A stretch of 64,000 nt of DNA from Christensenellales bacterium (GTDB lineage Bacteria; Bacillota; Clostridia; Christensenellales; CAG-138): positions 49,176-113,175 of the forward strand of contig JBGULC010000013.1 in the NCBI GenBank assembly GCA_045114775.1, written 5' to 3'. The translations under genes were made by a program, and so were the position numbers. Under the pieces are notes generated by a model. That model was not told where the DNA came from. It worked only from the letters and a program-made list of their open reading frames with translations, and ran no database searches. Shown here one piece after another: positions 49,879-60,979 of the stretch; the stretch's first letter is position 1, and each line of letters starts with the position of its first letter.

Positions 49879-50892
49879 ATGAAAAAAACTTTGATTTTGC
49901 TGCTCTCGATACTGTTTCTGCTGTCCGCCGCAAGCGGATGCGGCGCGAAAAACGCCGTGAAGGATGGCAGGGCCCGTCCGTCCTCCTGCGGGAAGCTGCA
50001 GGTGCTTGACGGGAAGCTGTGCGATCAAAATGGAGATCCGGTCATGCTGCGGGGCGTCAGCACGCACGATCTTATCACCACCGAATCCTTCATCAACGAC
50101 GACCTGTTTCGGGAACTGTCGGAGGAGTACGGCGTGAACGCTGTCCGGCTTGCCGTCTATACCTACGGCATGGGTGTGATCGGATACTGTGCTAAGGGAG
50201 ACAAAGGACGGTATCGGAAAAATATTGCAAACGGCGTCGCGTATGCGAAGGCGCATGATATGTATGCGATCATCGACTGGCATATTTTGAGCGACGGCGA
50301 TCCCAATCGCTATCTGGATGACGCAAAAGCTTTTTTCGCGGAGATGGCAGAGCAGTATTGCGATCACAGCAACGTGCTGTATGAGATCTGCAACGAGCCG
50401 AACGGCGTGGACTGGCAAACGGTGAAACGCTATGCGGAGGAGATCATCCCGATCATTCGTGAGAAAGACCCGGATTCCGTGATTCTTGTCGGCAATCCGG
50501 ATTGGTCGAAGGACTTAAGGAGCGTCGCCGCCGATCCGCTTTCGTTCGGCAACGTCATGTACACGCTGCATTTCTACGCCGCGACCCACGGACAGGAATA
50601 CCGGGACATGCTTGCCGAGGTGCGCAGAGCGGGGCTGCCGGTCTTCGTCACCGAATACGGCGTGACGGCGTCCAGCGGCGGGCTGCCCAGAGATCTTGAA
50701 AGCGCCGATCTGTGGATCGACCTTCTGGAACGGGAAAATATCTCGTATTGCATGTGGGCGCTGTCGAAAGCGCCGGAGGCGTGTTCAATGGTTCGTTCCG
50801 CCGTTCCGAAGTACAGCGGCTTTGAGCCTGACGACTTTACCGAGACCGGACTGTGGCTTTTTGAAACGCTGAAAAAGCATAACGCCCGCTGA
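49879..50892 (+). CDS. GH5 endoglucanase, lipoprotein (subfamily 2-like)
   Basis: Signal MKKTLILLLSILFLLSAASGC; LRGVSTH, IIDWH, YEICNEP, HFYA, TEYG. Confidence 0.9.
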   Translation: MKKTLILLLSILFLLSAASGCGAKNAVKDGRARPSSCGKLQVLDGKLCDQNGDPVMLRGVSTHDLITTESFINDDLFRELSEEYGVNAVRLAVYTYGMGVIGYCAKGDKGRYRKNIANGVAYAKAHDMYAIIDWHILSDGDPNRYLDDAKAFFAEMAEQYCDHSNVLYEICNEPNGVDWQTVKRYAEEIIPIIREKDPDSVILVGNPDWSKDLRSVAADPLSFGNVMYTLHFYAATHGQEYRDMLAEVRRAGLPVFVTEYGVTASSGGLPRDLESADLWIDLLERENISYCMWALSKAPEACSMVRSAVPKYSGFEPDDFTETGLWLFETLKKHNAR

Positions 50893-50962
50893 CAAGGCAT
50901 AAGGTGAAAAGCACGGCGGAACGCTGTGCTTTTTATATGCCTGCGCAGATCCTATATAATTA

Positions 50963-51013
50963 CGAAATCGATTAAGATTTTTCTTGACAAGTCGGATCAG
51001 AGGCATTTATAAT
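50963..51013 (+). promoter_or_regulatory. LacI-type operator plus promoter of the sugar ABC ATPase gene
   Basis: CGAAATCGATTAAG at 50963-50976; TTGACA (50984)-18 bp-TATAAT (51008). Confidence 0.65.
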
Positions 51014-51015
51014 GA

Positions 51016-51227
51016 AATCGTCCGAACCGGGACGATTGTCTTTTCAATCGGTCGAACCCCGCGCACTCCACTGTATGTGCGGAGAACGGCTGCATATAAG
51101 GAGGAAACCCATCCCCTCGGCTTGGGGTGCGGCAGTGTGGAGACCTGCCGCAATGCGCGACCGACGTATGCGCGGCGCGCGAGGCGGTTCGTTGATGAAG
51201 ATCGGGGCCGCTAAAGTCAAATGCAGT
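51016..51227 (+). ncRNA. Candidate structured 5' leader of the MalK/MsmX ATPase gene
   Basis: About 210-nt leader with several hairpins (AATCGTCC/GGACGATT; TGCGGCAG/CTGCCGCA; TATGTGCGG/CTGCATATA); family not identified. Confidence 0.3.
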
Positions 51228-52349
<1,122 letters not shown>

Positions 52350-52362
52350 ACAACAGCAATTC

Positions 52363-52400
52363 AGAAAGAACCTTGCCCGAAAAGCAAGGTTCTTTCTTTT
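52363..52400. terminator. Bidirectional terminator
   Basis: AGAAAGAACCTTGC...GCAAGGTTCTTTCTTTT between convergent genes. Confidence 0.7.
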
Positions 52401-52436
52401 ATCAGGAGGGATATGAAGAATATGTAAGGAAGGGGA

Positions 52437-54848
52437 TCAGATCGTCAGTTCAACGGTGCAGACGGGCACGTCGGTCAGCGGAACGATATTGCCCGGAACA
52501 GACTTTCCGTTGACGATCAGACCTTTGTTCTCGCCGCGGCGAACGGTGACGTCATAACGTGTGCCGCGGAACAGACGGGAGAGACGGCAGCCGGCCATTG
52601 TGTCGGGCAGGCAGGGATCGACGATCAATCCGTCGTAATCCGGGCGGATGCCGAGGATGCCCTGACTGACGGCGACGAACGACCATGCGGCCGTACCGGT
52701 GAGCCATGCGTTCTTTGCTTCGCCGTATGTTTTCGCGTCGCGTCCGGCGATCGTTTGGCTGTAGCAATAGGGCTCAGTGCGGTGGATCTCGCTCTTGTCC
52801 TCGATATAAGCCGGCGCGTTGCGCTTGTAGAGATCGAATGCGCCGTTGCCGTCCTTCACGGTGCAGTATGCCAGCGTGATCCACGGATTGTTGTGGCAGA
52901 AGACGGAGCCGTTCTCCTTGTAGCCCGGGGGATACGAGGAGATCTCGCCGAGATAGTCGTGATACTCCGTATAGCAGGGATGCAGCACCTCGATACCGAA
53001 TTCGTTGCCGAGCAGCGCTTCGGTCGATGCAAGCGCGCGCTTGCCGTACTCCGGTCCGCCGATGCCTGCCATGACGCAGAAGCCCTGCGGTTCGATGAAG
53101 ATTTTGCCTTCGTCGTTCTCACGGCTGCCGATCGGGCGTTCGAATGCGTCGTATGCGCGGCGGAACCATTCGCCGTCCCAGCCGTATTTCAGCGTTGCCT
53201 GCTCGATTTCTTCGACGGATACGCGCACGTCCGCCGCTTCTTCGGACAATCCGATCCGGTCACACAGCGCGGCGTATTCCTTGCCGTATTTTACAAACAT
53301 GCCAGCGATGAAGACGCTCTCCGCCTTGCCGCTTTCGAAGTTCGAGCAGGTCTGGAAGCTTTCACCGGGCGTCAGGCTGAAACAGTTCAGGTTCAGACAG
53401 TCGTTCCAGTCGGCGCGTCCGATCAGCGGCAGCCCGTGCGGACCGCGGTGCTCGATTGTGTAGCGGAGGCTGCGGCGCAGATGCTCCATGAGCGGGACCT
53501 CGGTGCCGGTTTCGTTGTTGAACGGCGTCGGCGTATCAAGGATCGAGAAATCGCCGGTCTCGCGGATGTACGCGCAGGTGCAGGCGATGAGCCACAGCGG
53601 ATCGTCGTTGAAGCCGGAACCTACGTCGGCGTTGCCGCGCTTGGTCAGCGGCTGATACTGGTGATAGGTGCTGCCGTCCGCAAACTGGATCGACGCGATG
53701 TCGATGATGCGTTCTCTTGCGCGCTCCGGGAGCAGATGCACAAAGCCGAGGAGGTCCTGACAGCTGTCGCGGAAGCCCATGCCGCGGCCGGTGCCGCTCT
53801 CATAATAGGAAGCGCTGCGCGACATGTTGAACGTGACCATGCACTGGTACTGGTTCCAGATGTTGACCATGCGGTCAAGCTTTTCCTCGCTGCTTTGTAC
53901 CGTGAAGCGGGACAGCAGGGAAGACCAGTATGCTTTGAGCGCATCGATCGCGGCGTCAAACTGCGCCTCGGTTTCGAACGCGGCGAGCATGGCCTGCGCT
54001 TTCTCCTTATTGATTACATTGAGCGCGGTGAACTTCTTCTCCTGCGGGTTTTCGACATAGCCGAGCCGGAAGAGGAGGGTTTTCGATTCTCCCGGGGCAA
54101 GGATCACGGAAAGCCGTAAAGCGGCGATCGGCGCCCAGCCCGCGGCAATGCTCATGAATGAGGTACGGCTTTCGACCGCCTGCGGTTCGCTCCAGCCGCG
54201 GAAGCGCCCGAGGAACGTGTCCCGATCGGTATCGAACCCGTCGATCGGGGCGTTGACGGAATAGAAAGCATAATGGTTGCGGCGTTCACGGTACTCGGTC
54301 TTGTGATAGACTGTGCCGCCTTCGATCTCGACCTCGCCGATGTTCCAGTTGCGCTGGAAGTTCGTCGAATCATCGACTGCATTCCAAAGACACCATTCGG
54401 TCACGCCGTACAGAATCAGCTGTTTTTCCGAATCGCTCTCGTTTTTCAGAACCAGCTTCTGCACTTCCATGTCGGTGTGCATCGGAACGGTCACGGTCAG
54501 CGACGCGGCAACGCCGTTCTTTTTACCCTCAAAGACGGAATAGCCGAGACCGTGACGGCAGCGATAGAAATCAAGCGCCGTCTTTGCCGGCAAAAACGCC
54601 GGGCTCCACACCGTTTCGCCGTCGCAGATGTAGAAACAGCGTCCGCCTTCGTCGTGCGGAACGTTGTTGTACCGGAACCGCGTAATGCGCCGGAGCTTTG
54701 CATCCTTATAAAAACTGTATCCGCCGCAGGTGTTGCTGATCAGCGAGAAGAACCCGTCGCTGCCGAGATAGTTGATCCAGGGGAGCGGCGTGTCCGCCCG
54801 CGTGATGACGTACTCCTTTGCGGCGTCGTCAAAATATCCGTACTGCAT
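52437..54848 (-). CDS. Cellobiose phosphorylase (GH94)
   Basis: YGYFDD..KEYVI..TPLPWINYLG, RGMGFRDSCQD, ADWNDCLN, KENGSVFCH, WLTGTAAW; cellulase neighbourhood. Confidence 0.88.
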   Translation of the reverse strand: MQYGYFDDAAKEYVITRADTPLPWINYLGSDGFFSLISNTCGGYSFYKDAKLRRITRFRYNNVPHDEGGRCFYICDGETVWSPAFLPAKTALDFYRCRHGLGYSVFEGKKNGVAASLTVTVPMHTDMEVQKLVLKNESDSEKQLILYGVTEWCLWNAVDDSTNFQRNWNIGEVEIEGGTVYHKTEYRERRNHYAFYSVNAPIDGFDTDRDTFLGRFRGWSEPQAVESRTSFMSIAAGWAPIAALRLSVILAPGESKTLLFRLGYVENPQEKKFTALNVINKEKAQAMLAAFETEAQFDAAIDALKAYWSSLLSRFTVQSSEEKLDRMVNIWNQYQCMVTFNMSRSASYYESGTGRGMGFRDSCQDLLGFVHLLPERARERIIDIASIQFADGSTYHQYQPLTKRGNADVGSGFNDDPLWLIACTCAYIRETGDFSILDTPTPFNNETGTEVPLMEHLRRSLRYTIEHRGPHGLPLIGRADWNDCLNLNCFSLTPGESFQTCSNFESGKAESVFIAGMFVKYGKEYAALCDRIGLSEEAADVRVSVEEIEQATLKYGWDGEWFRRAYDAFERPIGSRENDEGKIFIEPQGFCVMAGIGGPEYGKRALASTEALLGNEFGIEVLHPCYTEYHDYLGEISSYPPGYKENGSVFCHNNPWITLAYCTVKDGNGAFDLYKRNAPAYIEDKSEIHRTEPYCYSQTIAGRDAKTYGEAKNAWLTGTAAWSFVAVSQGILGIRPDYDGLIVDPCLPDTMAGCRLSRLFRGTRYDVTVRRGENKGLIVNGKSVPGNIVPLTDVPVCTVELTI

Positions 54849-54870
54849 ACGATCACCTCGTCATAATGAT

Positions 54871-54918
54871 TACTTAATCGATTAAGTACATTATACGCAC
54901 AACAACGAAAAAAGGCAA
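54871..54918 (-). promoter_or_regulatory. Perfect 18-bp palindromic operator and promoter of the GH94 gene
   Basis: TACTTAATCGATTAAGTA at 54871-54888; minus-strand TTGCCT (54918-54913)-17 bp-TATAAT (54895-54890). Confidence 0.75.
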
Positions 54919-55012
54919 GGGGTAATTTGAGAAATCTGCATATTTTTCGGAAAGCAGGCAGAAAACTGCATTTCGACATCAAAAATCCTTGAAAAAAAGT
55001 ACGAAAAACCTC

Positions 55013-55063
55013 TTGACGAATGTATGGTACGGCGTTATAATGAGTTTGACGAAATCGATTAAG
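55013..55063 (+). promoter_or_regulatory. Promoter and operator of the lacI-ABC operon
   Basis: TTGACG-17 bp-TATAAT (55013-55041); CGAAATCGATTAAG at 55050-55063. Confidence 0.72.
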
Positions 55064-55091
55064 ATTATATCATTTCGAAAGGGGACGGCGC

Positions 55092-56102
55092 ATGGTCACC
55101 ATTACGGATATTTCCAAAGCATGCGGCGTATCCCGCGCAACGGTCAGCAAAGCGCTCAACGGCGCGCCGGACATTGCCCCGAAAACCGCGGAACGGATCC
55201 GTGAGCAAGCGAAAGCGCTCGGTTATCTGCCGAATGCGACGGCGAGAGCGCTGAAGGTCGGCAGAAGCTACAACATCGGCGTTCTGTTTTCGGACACGAC
55301 GGGCGGCGGCATCACGCACGAGTACTTTTCACAGATCCTCGAAAGCGTGAAGGCTGAGGCGGAGCGGCTCGGATACGACATCACTTTCATCAGCAAGGAT
55401 CTCGGTGCGATGTCGATGGATTATTACGAACACGCGAAGTACCGCAGCTGCGACGGCGTGGTCATTGCCTCGGCGGACTTCCAGGATCCTGCGATCGTGC
55501 GGCTTGCGACAAGCGAGATCCCTACGGTGACGCTGGACTACACGTTTGACAGCCGGACGTCGATCCTTTCGGACAACGTGCACGGTATGGAGGCGCTGGT
55601 ACGGTTCGTATATGAGAACGGACACCGGAAGATCGCGTTCATTCACGGCGAGATGACCTCGGTCACACAGAAGCGTATCGCAAGCTTCAAGAAGACCTGC
55701 GCGGAGCTGAAGATTTCGATTCCGCCGGAATACATCCGACCGGCGGTGTATCACGATCCGAGGTCGAGCGGTCTCGCGACAAGGGCGCTTCTGGAGCTTT
55801 CGGAAAAGCCGACCTGCATCTTCTACCCGGACGACCTGTCGTTCCTCGGAGGGATGAGCGAGCTCGAACGTCACGGAATCGCGATTCCGAAGGATATGAG
55901 CGTCGTCGGATACGACGGCATCCCGCTCTCACAGGTGCTTCGCCCGAAGCTCACGACCTACCGGCAGGGAGCGACGGAGATGGGCACGGAGGCGGCGAGA
56001 CAGCTGATCGAACAGATCGAGCATCCGGATACCTGGCTGCCGCAGAGCATCATGGTAGAGGGCGAGCTTTTGCCGGGCAGCACCGTCCGCAACATCGGTT
56101 GA
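55092..56102 (+). CDS. LacI-family transcriptional regulator
   Basis: TITDISKACGVSRATVSKALNG HTH; SVVGYDG, PKLTT. Confidence 0.95.
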   Translation: MVTITDISKACGVSRATVSKALNGAPDIAPKTAERIREQAKALGYLPNATARALKVGRSYNIGVLFSDTTGGGITHEYFSQILESVKAEAERLGYDITFISKDLGAMSMDYYEHAKYRSCDGVVIASADFQDPAIVRLATSEIPTVTLDYTFDSRTSILSDNVHGMEALVRFVYENGHRKIAFIHGEMTSVTQKRIASFKKTCAELKISIPPEYIRPAVYHDPRSSGLATRALLELSEKPTCIFYPDDLSFLGGMSELERHGIAIPKDMSVVGYDGIPLSQVLRPKLTTYRQGATEMGTEAARQLIEQIEHPDTWLPQSIMVEGELLPGSTVRNIG

Positions 56103-56178
56103 AGCGCGGAAGCGTTTTGATAAAAGGAAAGAGGAGCCGAAAAGGTTTCAAAAAACAAAATAAAAAGGAGTAACAATC

Positions 56179-57480
56179 ATGAAAAAACTGGTCGCAATCC
56201 TGATGGCAGCATTGATGCTCGTCGGCATCGTTGCCTGCACCGCAAAGTCCACAGAGACTGCTGCACAGGGCAAGGTATTCAATATCTATGCCTGGAACGA
56301 TGAATTCAAAGGATTCTTTGAGAAGTACTACAAAGTACCCGAAGGCGTCACCGTCAACTGGATCATCACCCCGAGCGACAACGGCGCATATCAGCAGAAG
56401 CTCGATGAAGCGCTTCGGAACCAGGAAAAGGCAGCAGCGGACGACAAGATCGACCTGTTCCTCGCAGAGGCGGACTACATCGGCAAGTATGTCGATTCCG
56501 CTTATACGATGGACATCAGCAAGATCGGTTACAAGAATGCCGACACAATGTATGACTACACCATCAAGGCGGCTACCGACAAGAACGGCGTCTGCAAGGG
56601 TGTTTCCTTCCAGTGCTGCCCGGCGGCTGTCATCTATCGCAAGAGCATTGCGAAGGACGTTCTCGGCACCGACGATCCCGCAGAAGTTCAGGCTGCAATG
56701 GATAACTGGGAGAAGTTCAACGATGTCGCTGCAAAGGCAAAGGAGAAGGGCTATTACATGACCGCTTCCTTCGCAGAGACGTTCCGCGCGTTCTCCAACA
56801 ACTGCACGTCTCCCTGGGTCGACGAGAACAACAACCTGCAGTTTGACCCGCAGATCACCAAGTGGATCGAGCAGACCGACAACTTCATCGCAAACGGCTA
56901 CACCCTGACCGCGGGCGTTTGGGATCAGGAAAAGACGGATCAGATGTTTGCAGACGGCAAGACCATGTGCTTCTTCGGACCGGCATGGTACTACAACTTC
57001 TGCATGACCAACGCGATGGATGCCGAAAAGGGCTGCGTCGGCGACTGGCGCATCGTTCAGGGCCCGCAGCCGTACTTCTGGGGCGGCACGTGGCTGCTGG
57101 CAGCAACCGGTTCGGACAACACCGAGATGCTGAAGGACATCTTTGAGACGTTCACCATCAACGAGGAAGTCTGCACCAACCTCGTTAAGAATGACAATCA
57201 GTTCCCGAACAACACCAAGGTTGTTGACAAGTTTGCGGAAGATGCCACCTATGGCAACACCGCGATCCTCGACGGTCAGAACGACATCGCGATCTTCAGA
57301 GATCTTGCGAAGAACATCAAGTGGGAGAACCATACCAACTACGATCAGCTGCTGAATGAAGGCCTGCAGACCCAGCTTATGGAGTTCTACAAGGGCTCCG
57401 TCACCAAGGAAAAGGCGTTGGCGAACTTCTATCAGTACGTCAAGGAGACCTATCCGAAAATCAACGTACCGCAGAACTGA
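56179..57480 (+). CDS. Carbohydrate ABC transporter substrate-binding lipoprotein
   Basis: Lipoprotein signal MKKLVAILMAALMLVGIVAC; IYRKSIAK, FGPAW, FWGGTW; upstream of two permeases. Confidence 0.9.
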   Translation: MKKLVAILMAALMLVGIVACTAKSTETAAQGKVFNIYAWNDEFKGFFEKYYKVPEGVTVNWIITPSDNGAYQQKLDEALRNQEKAAADDKIDLFLAEADYIGKYVDSAYTMDISKIGYKNADTMYDYTIKAATDKNGVCKGVSFQCCPAAVIYRKSIAKDVLGTDDPAEVQAAMDNWEKFNDVAAKAKEKGYYMTASFAETFRAFSNNCTSPWVDENNNLQFDPQITKWIEQTDNFIANGYTLTAGVWDQEKTDQMFADGKTMCFFGPAWYYNFCMTNAMDAEKGCVGDWRIVQGPQPYFWGGTWLLAATGSDNTEMLKDIFETFTINEEVCTNLVKNDNQFPNNTKVVDKFAEDATYGNTAILDGQNDIAIFRDLAKNIKWENHTNYDQLLNEGLQTQLMEFYKGSVTKEKALANFYQYVKETYPKINVPQN

Positions 57481-57493
57481 TTCGGTAACTCGC

Positions 57494-57520
57494 TGCGGCA
57501 GGGGAAAATCCCCTGCCGCA
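57494..57520 (+). other. Stem-loop after the substrate-binding protein gene (possible mRNA stabiliser)
   Basis: TGCGGCAGGGGA-AAA-TCCCCTGCCGCA without a U tract. Confidence 0.55.
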
Positions 57521-57554
57521 ACCTTTCCGGAAGACCTCTTGAGAGGAGCATCCT

Positions 57555-58538
57555 ATGGCTAAGATCCAACAGGGGACAGGCAAGATCAAGTCCGTCAGCT
57601 ATGCAAAATGGGGCTACATTTTCATTCTGCCGTTCTTTATCGCTTACATCATCTTTACGCTGGTTCCGCAATTTTTAACGATTTACAACAGTTTTTTCGA
57701 GTATTTTGAAGACGGTCTGGAAACGGTCGGTCCGCGCTTTGCCGGGTTGGAGAACTATAAAACATTGTTTACGCCCGATCAGTCCGGCACGATCCTTATC
57801 CTGAAGTACGCGCTGAACACGATCATCATGTGGTTCATCGGCGCCGTACCGCAGTTCGTTGTCGCAATGCTGCTCGCGCTCTTTTTCACGAGTGCCCGCT
57901 TGAATATCAAGGGACAGGGATTCTTCAAGACAGTTATCTATATGCCGAACCTGATTATGGCGGCGGCGTTTTCGATGCTGTTTTTCACGATGTTTTCGAG
58001 AACCGGTCCGGTGCAGGCGCTTCTTGAAAATTGGGGCGTGCTGGACCACGAGTTCGATTTCTTTGCGCATACATTCACCGTACGGGGCATGATTGCGTTG
58101 ATGAACTTTTTGATGTGGTTCGGCAATACGACAATCGTGCTGATGGCAGGCGTCATGGGCATCGACCAAAGCCTGTTCGAGTCAGCCACGATCGATGGCG
58201 CGAACTCCGTGCAGGTCTTCTTCAAGGTCACGCTGCCGCTTTTGATGCCGATACTCATCTACTGCCTGATCACGGCTATGATTGGCGGTATTCAGATGTT
58301 CGACGTGCCGCAGATCTTAACCAAGGGCATCGGTGTGCCGGACGGGACCACAAAGACGCTGGTCATGTATCTGAACGGTTATATGAAGGGCGACACGAAC
58401 TACGGTATGTCCGGCGCGATCTCCGTCGTCATCTTTATCATCACGGGCGGTCTCAGCGCAGTCGTTTACAAGATGCTGTCTGCACAGTATAAGGATTCGA
58501 GCCGCAAGCACAGAATGAGAAAGGGGAACGTATTATGA
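57555..58538 (+). CDS. Carbohydrate ABC transporter permease (MalF-type)
   Basis: GYIFILPF, FAGLENY, EAA loop LFESATIDGAN...FFKVTLPLL. Confidence 0.93.
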   Translation: MAKIQQGTGKIKSVSYAKWGYIFILPFFIAYIIFTLVPQFLTIYNSFFEYFEDGLETVGPRFAGLENYKTLFTPDQSGTILILKYALNTIIMWFIGAVPQFVVAMLLALFFTSARLNIKGQGFFKTVIYMPNLIMAAAFSMLFFTMFSRTGPVQALLENWGVLDHEFDFFAHTFTVRGMIALMNFLMWFGNTTIVLMAGVMGIDQSLFESATIDGANSVQVFFKVTLPLLMPILIYCLITAMIGGIQMFDVPQILTKGIGVPDGTTKTLVMYLNGYMKGDTNYGMSGAISVVIFIITGGLSAVVYKMLSAQYKDSSRKHRMRKGNVL

Positions 58539-59782
58539 TCTGTAAGCTGTTCTCCGATGCATCGGTCGCTGCAGCGCAGGAAACCTCGGCGCAGAGCACT
58601 GCACAATTCAGCGCAGCAGTCATTGTGTACAGTATTCTGGCAAGTATTTGCCTGATCGGCATTGTTCTCGGCGCTATGGGGTTTGTAACCAGCGTTCGCC
58701 GCTCGACGCGTTCCGCTTCCGGCATTGTGATGAGTATCATCAGCGTGTTCATTCTTCTCGAAGGTTTGGCGTTGGCGATCTTCTTCATTCTTGTCGACAG
58801 AGCTTTCGTATGCCTTGCCGATGAAGGCGTTGACGCCAAACTGCCGATTTGGATACATATAGCGGCGTGGACCTTCAGTATCGTCGGATTGGTGCTGTCG
58901 GTTCTTGCATTCAGTCACAAGTTCAGTGAGAATACGCAGGGAAAAGTCAAGCTGACGGTACTTCGCGTGGTCGTATATTCGATTCTGGTCTTTCTGACGG
59001 TCCTTTGTCTGTTCTTTTTCTACCTGATGATCATCAACGCGACGCGTTCCAACGCGGAGCTTGCAACGGGTTTCACACTGCTGCCGAAGGGGAACTTTAT
59101 GAACAACCTGAAGAACGCCTGGAATGACCACTCGCTGATCAACATTCCGCGAGGTATGCTGAACAGCCTGATCATCTCGCTGTCTTCGGCGATCATCACG
59201 ACCTACTTCTCGGCGCTGACCGCGTTTGGTATTCACGCGTACAATTTCCGCGGAAAGAAGCTTGTGTTCACGTTTATCATGGCGATCATGATGATCCCGT
59301 CGCAGGTCTCTACGCTCGGCTTCATTCAGCTGCTGAATACGTTTAATCTGCGCGACAGCTTCCTTCCGCTGATCATTCCGGGCATTGCGGCGCCGGTCGT
59401 GTTCTTCTACATGAAGCAGTACATGGAAAGCGTGCTGCCGCTTGACGTTATCGATGCGGCACGCGTGGATGGCTCGAGCGAATTCCGCACATTCAATACC
59501 ATCGTGCTGCCGATGATCAAGCCCGCGATCGCGGTGCAGATGATTTTCTCTTTTGTCAGCTCATGGAACAACTATTTCGTTCCCGCACTGGTGCTCGACA
59601 GCCCGAAAAAGTATACCGTTCCGATCATGATCGGTCTTTTGAGAAGCGCAGACTTCGCAAAGTTCGATATGGGCAAAGTGTATATGTTCATCCTGCTCTC
59701 GATCCTGCCAGTGCTCATCGTCTACATTATTCTGTCCCGTTCGATCATCAAAGGCGTTACCGCCGGCAGTGTAAAAGGGTAA
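58535..59782 (+). CDS. Carbohydrate ABC transporter permease (MalG-type) with an extra N-terminal membrane region
   Basis: NSLII, MMIPSQV, IDAARVDGSSEFRTF..IVLP, WNNYF, GVTAGSVKG; ATGA overlap with the upstream gene. Confidence 0.9.
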   Translation: MICKLFSDASVAAAQETSAQSTAQFSAAVIVYSILASICLIGIVLGAMGFVTSVRRSTRSASGIVMSIISVFILLEGLALAIFFILVDRAFVCLADEGVDAKLPIWIHIAAWTFSIVGLVLSVLAFSHKFSENTQGKVKLTVLRVVVYSILVFLTVLCLFFFYLMIINATRSNAELATGFTLLPKGNFMNNLKNAWNDHSLINIPRGMLNSLIISLSSAIITTYFSALTAFGIHAYNFRGKKLVFTFIMAIMMIPSQVSTLGFIQLLNTFNLRDSFLPLIIPGIAAPVVFFYMKQYMESVLPLDVIDAARVDGSSEFRTFNTIVLPMIKPAIAVQMIFSFVSSWNNYFVPALVLDSPKKYTVPIMIGLLRSADFAKFDMGKVYMFILLSILPVLIVYIILSRSIIKGVTAGSVKG

Positions 59783-59870
59783 TTTCTTCATTACCTTCCC
59801 TCCTGACAACCGCTCTGGTCATGCAGAGCGGTTTCTTTCAAAAACAATATTTCAAAATAGGAGCAATCGA

Positions 59871-60899
59871 ATGAGAAACTGGAACGGTTATCAAAAAGGC
59901 GTCAATCTCGGCGGATGGTTTTCGCAGTGCGACCACACGCAGAAACGGTATGACACCTTCATCCGCGACGAAGACTTCGCGGTGATCAAAGGCTGGGGCG
60001 CGGATCATGTGCGCGTGCCGATCGACTATGAGCTTTTGGAGGAGAAGAGCGGCACACCGCGGGAGGACGGATACCGGCGTCTCAGAAAGACGATCGAGCT
60101 CTGCAGGCGGAACGGACTCAATATGGTCCTCGATCTGCATAAGACGGCGGGCTTTTCCTTCGACGCAAACGAGGGAGAAGCGGGATTCTTCGACAACGAA
60201 GCATATCAGGAACGGTTTTACCGGCTCTGGGAACGCATTGCAGAGCAGTTCGGAAACGATGCGGATATGCTTGCGTTTGAACTTCTGAACGAGGTGACGG
60301 ATCGGGAGTATTGTGATACGTGGAATCGGATCGCGGCGACCTGCATCCGCCGCATTCGGGCGATCGCGCCGAACGTGTGGATCCTCGTGGGCGGGTATTA
60401 TCACAACAGCGCCGTCGCGGTCAAGGACATCGACGTGCCGTATGACGATCGCATCGTCTATAACTTCCATTGCTACGAACCGCTGATCTTCACGCACCAG
60501 GGTGCGGACTGGATCCCTACAATGGATCCCGCGTTCCGCATCCCGGTCACGGCGACCTTTGCGGAAATGGCGGAAGCGGACGTTCGCATGGGAACGCTGT
60601 CCTGCGCAGGGTACGATCGGTTTCCGCTCGATACGGTGCTTTCATCCGCATACTTTGAAGCGTTTATGGCAGAAGCCGTATCGGTTGCGGAACGGAAGAA
60701 CGTGCCGCTGTACTGCGGCGAATACGGCGTGATCGACCGTGCAAACCCGGAGGACGCCGTCGCATGGTTCCGTATGATCCATACGGCGTTTGAAAAGTAC
60801 GGCGTCGGACGCGCGGCGTGGAGCTACCGCGAAATGGACTTCGGTCTTTCCGACGCGCGCATGGACGCCGTGCGGGAAGAATTGCTTCGGTATCTGTGA
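59871..60899 (+). CDS. Cytoplasmic GH5 cellodextrinase/endoglucanase (CelC-like)
   Basis: GVNLGGWFSQ, DHVRVPIDY, LDLHK, FELLNEV, FHCYEP, YCGEYG; no signal peptide. Confidence 0.9.
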   Translation: MRNWNGYQKGVNLGGWFSQCDHTQKRYDTFIRDEDFAVIKGWGADHVRVPIDYELLEEKSGTPREDGYRRLRKTIELCRRNGLNMVLDLHKTAGFSFDANEGEAGFFDNEAYQERFYRLWERIAEQFGNDADMLAFELLNEVTDREYCDTWNRIAATCIRRIRAIAPNVWILVGGYYHNSAVAVKDIDVPYDDRIVYNFHCYEPLIFTHQGADWIPTMDPAFRIPVTATFAEMAEADVRMGTLSCAGYDRFPLDTVLSSAYFEAFMAEAVSVAERKNVPLYCGEYGVIDRANPEDAVAWFRMIHTAFEKYGVGRAAWSYREMDFGLSDARMDAVREELLRYL

Positions 60900-60905
60900 T
60901 TCTAT

Positions 60906-60929
60906 GAAAAGCCTCTTCGGAGGCTTTTC
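60906..60929 (+). terminator. Rho-independent terminator
   Basis: GAAAAGCCTC-TTCG-GAGGCTTTTC. Confidence 0.7.
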
Positions 60930-60979
60930 TTGAATTCGGCGCCGAACCGCCGTATAATGACAGTGTACAAAGGAGCTGC

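Noticed and set aside
51060-51152. CCACTGTA...GGAGACCTGCC resembles parts of a cobalamin riboswitch
   Set aside because: The 5' GGGAA..GGTG..AA.TCC core and the GGGAAG element are missing, and the downstream gene is unrelated to B12.
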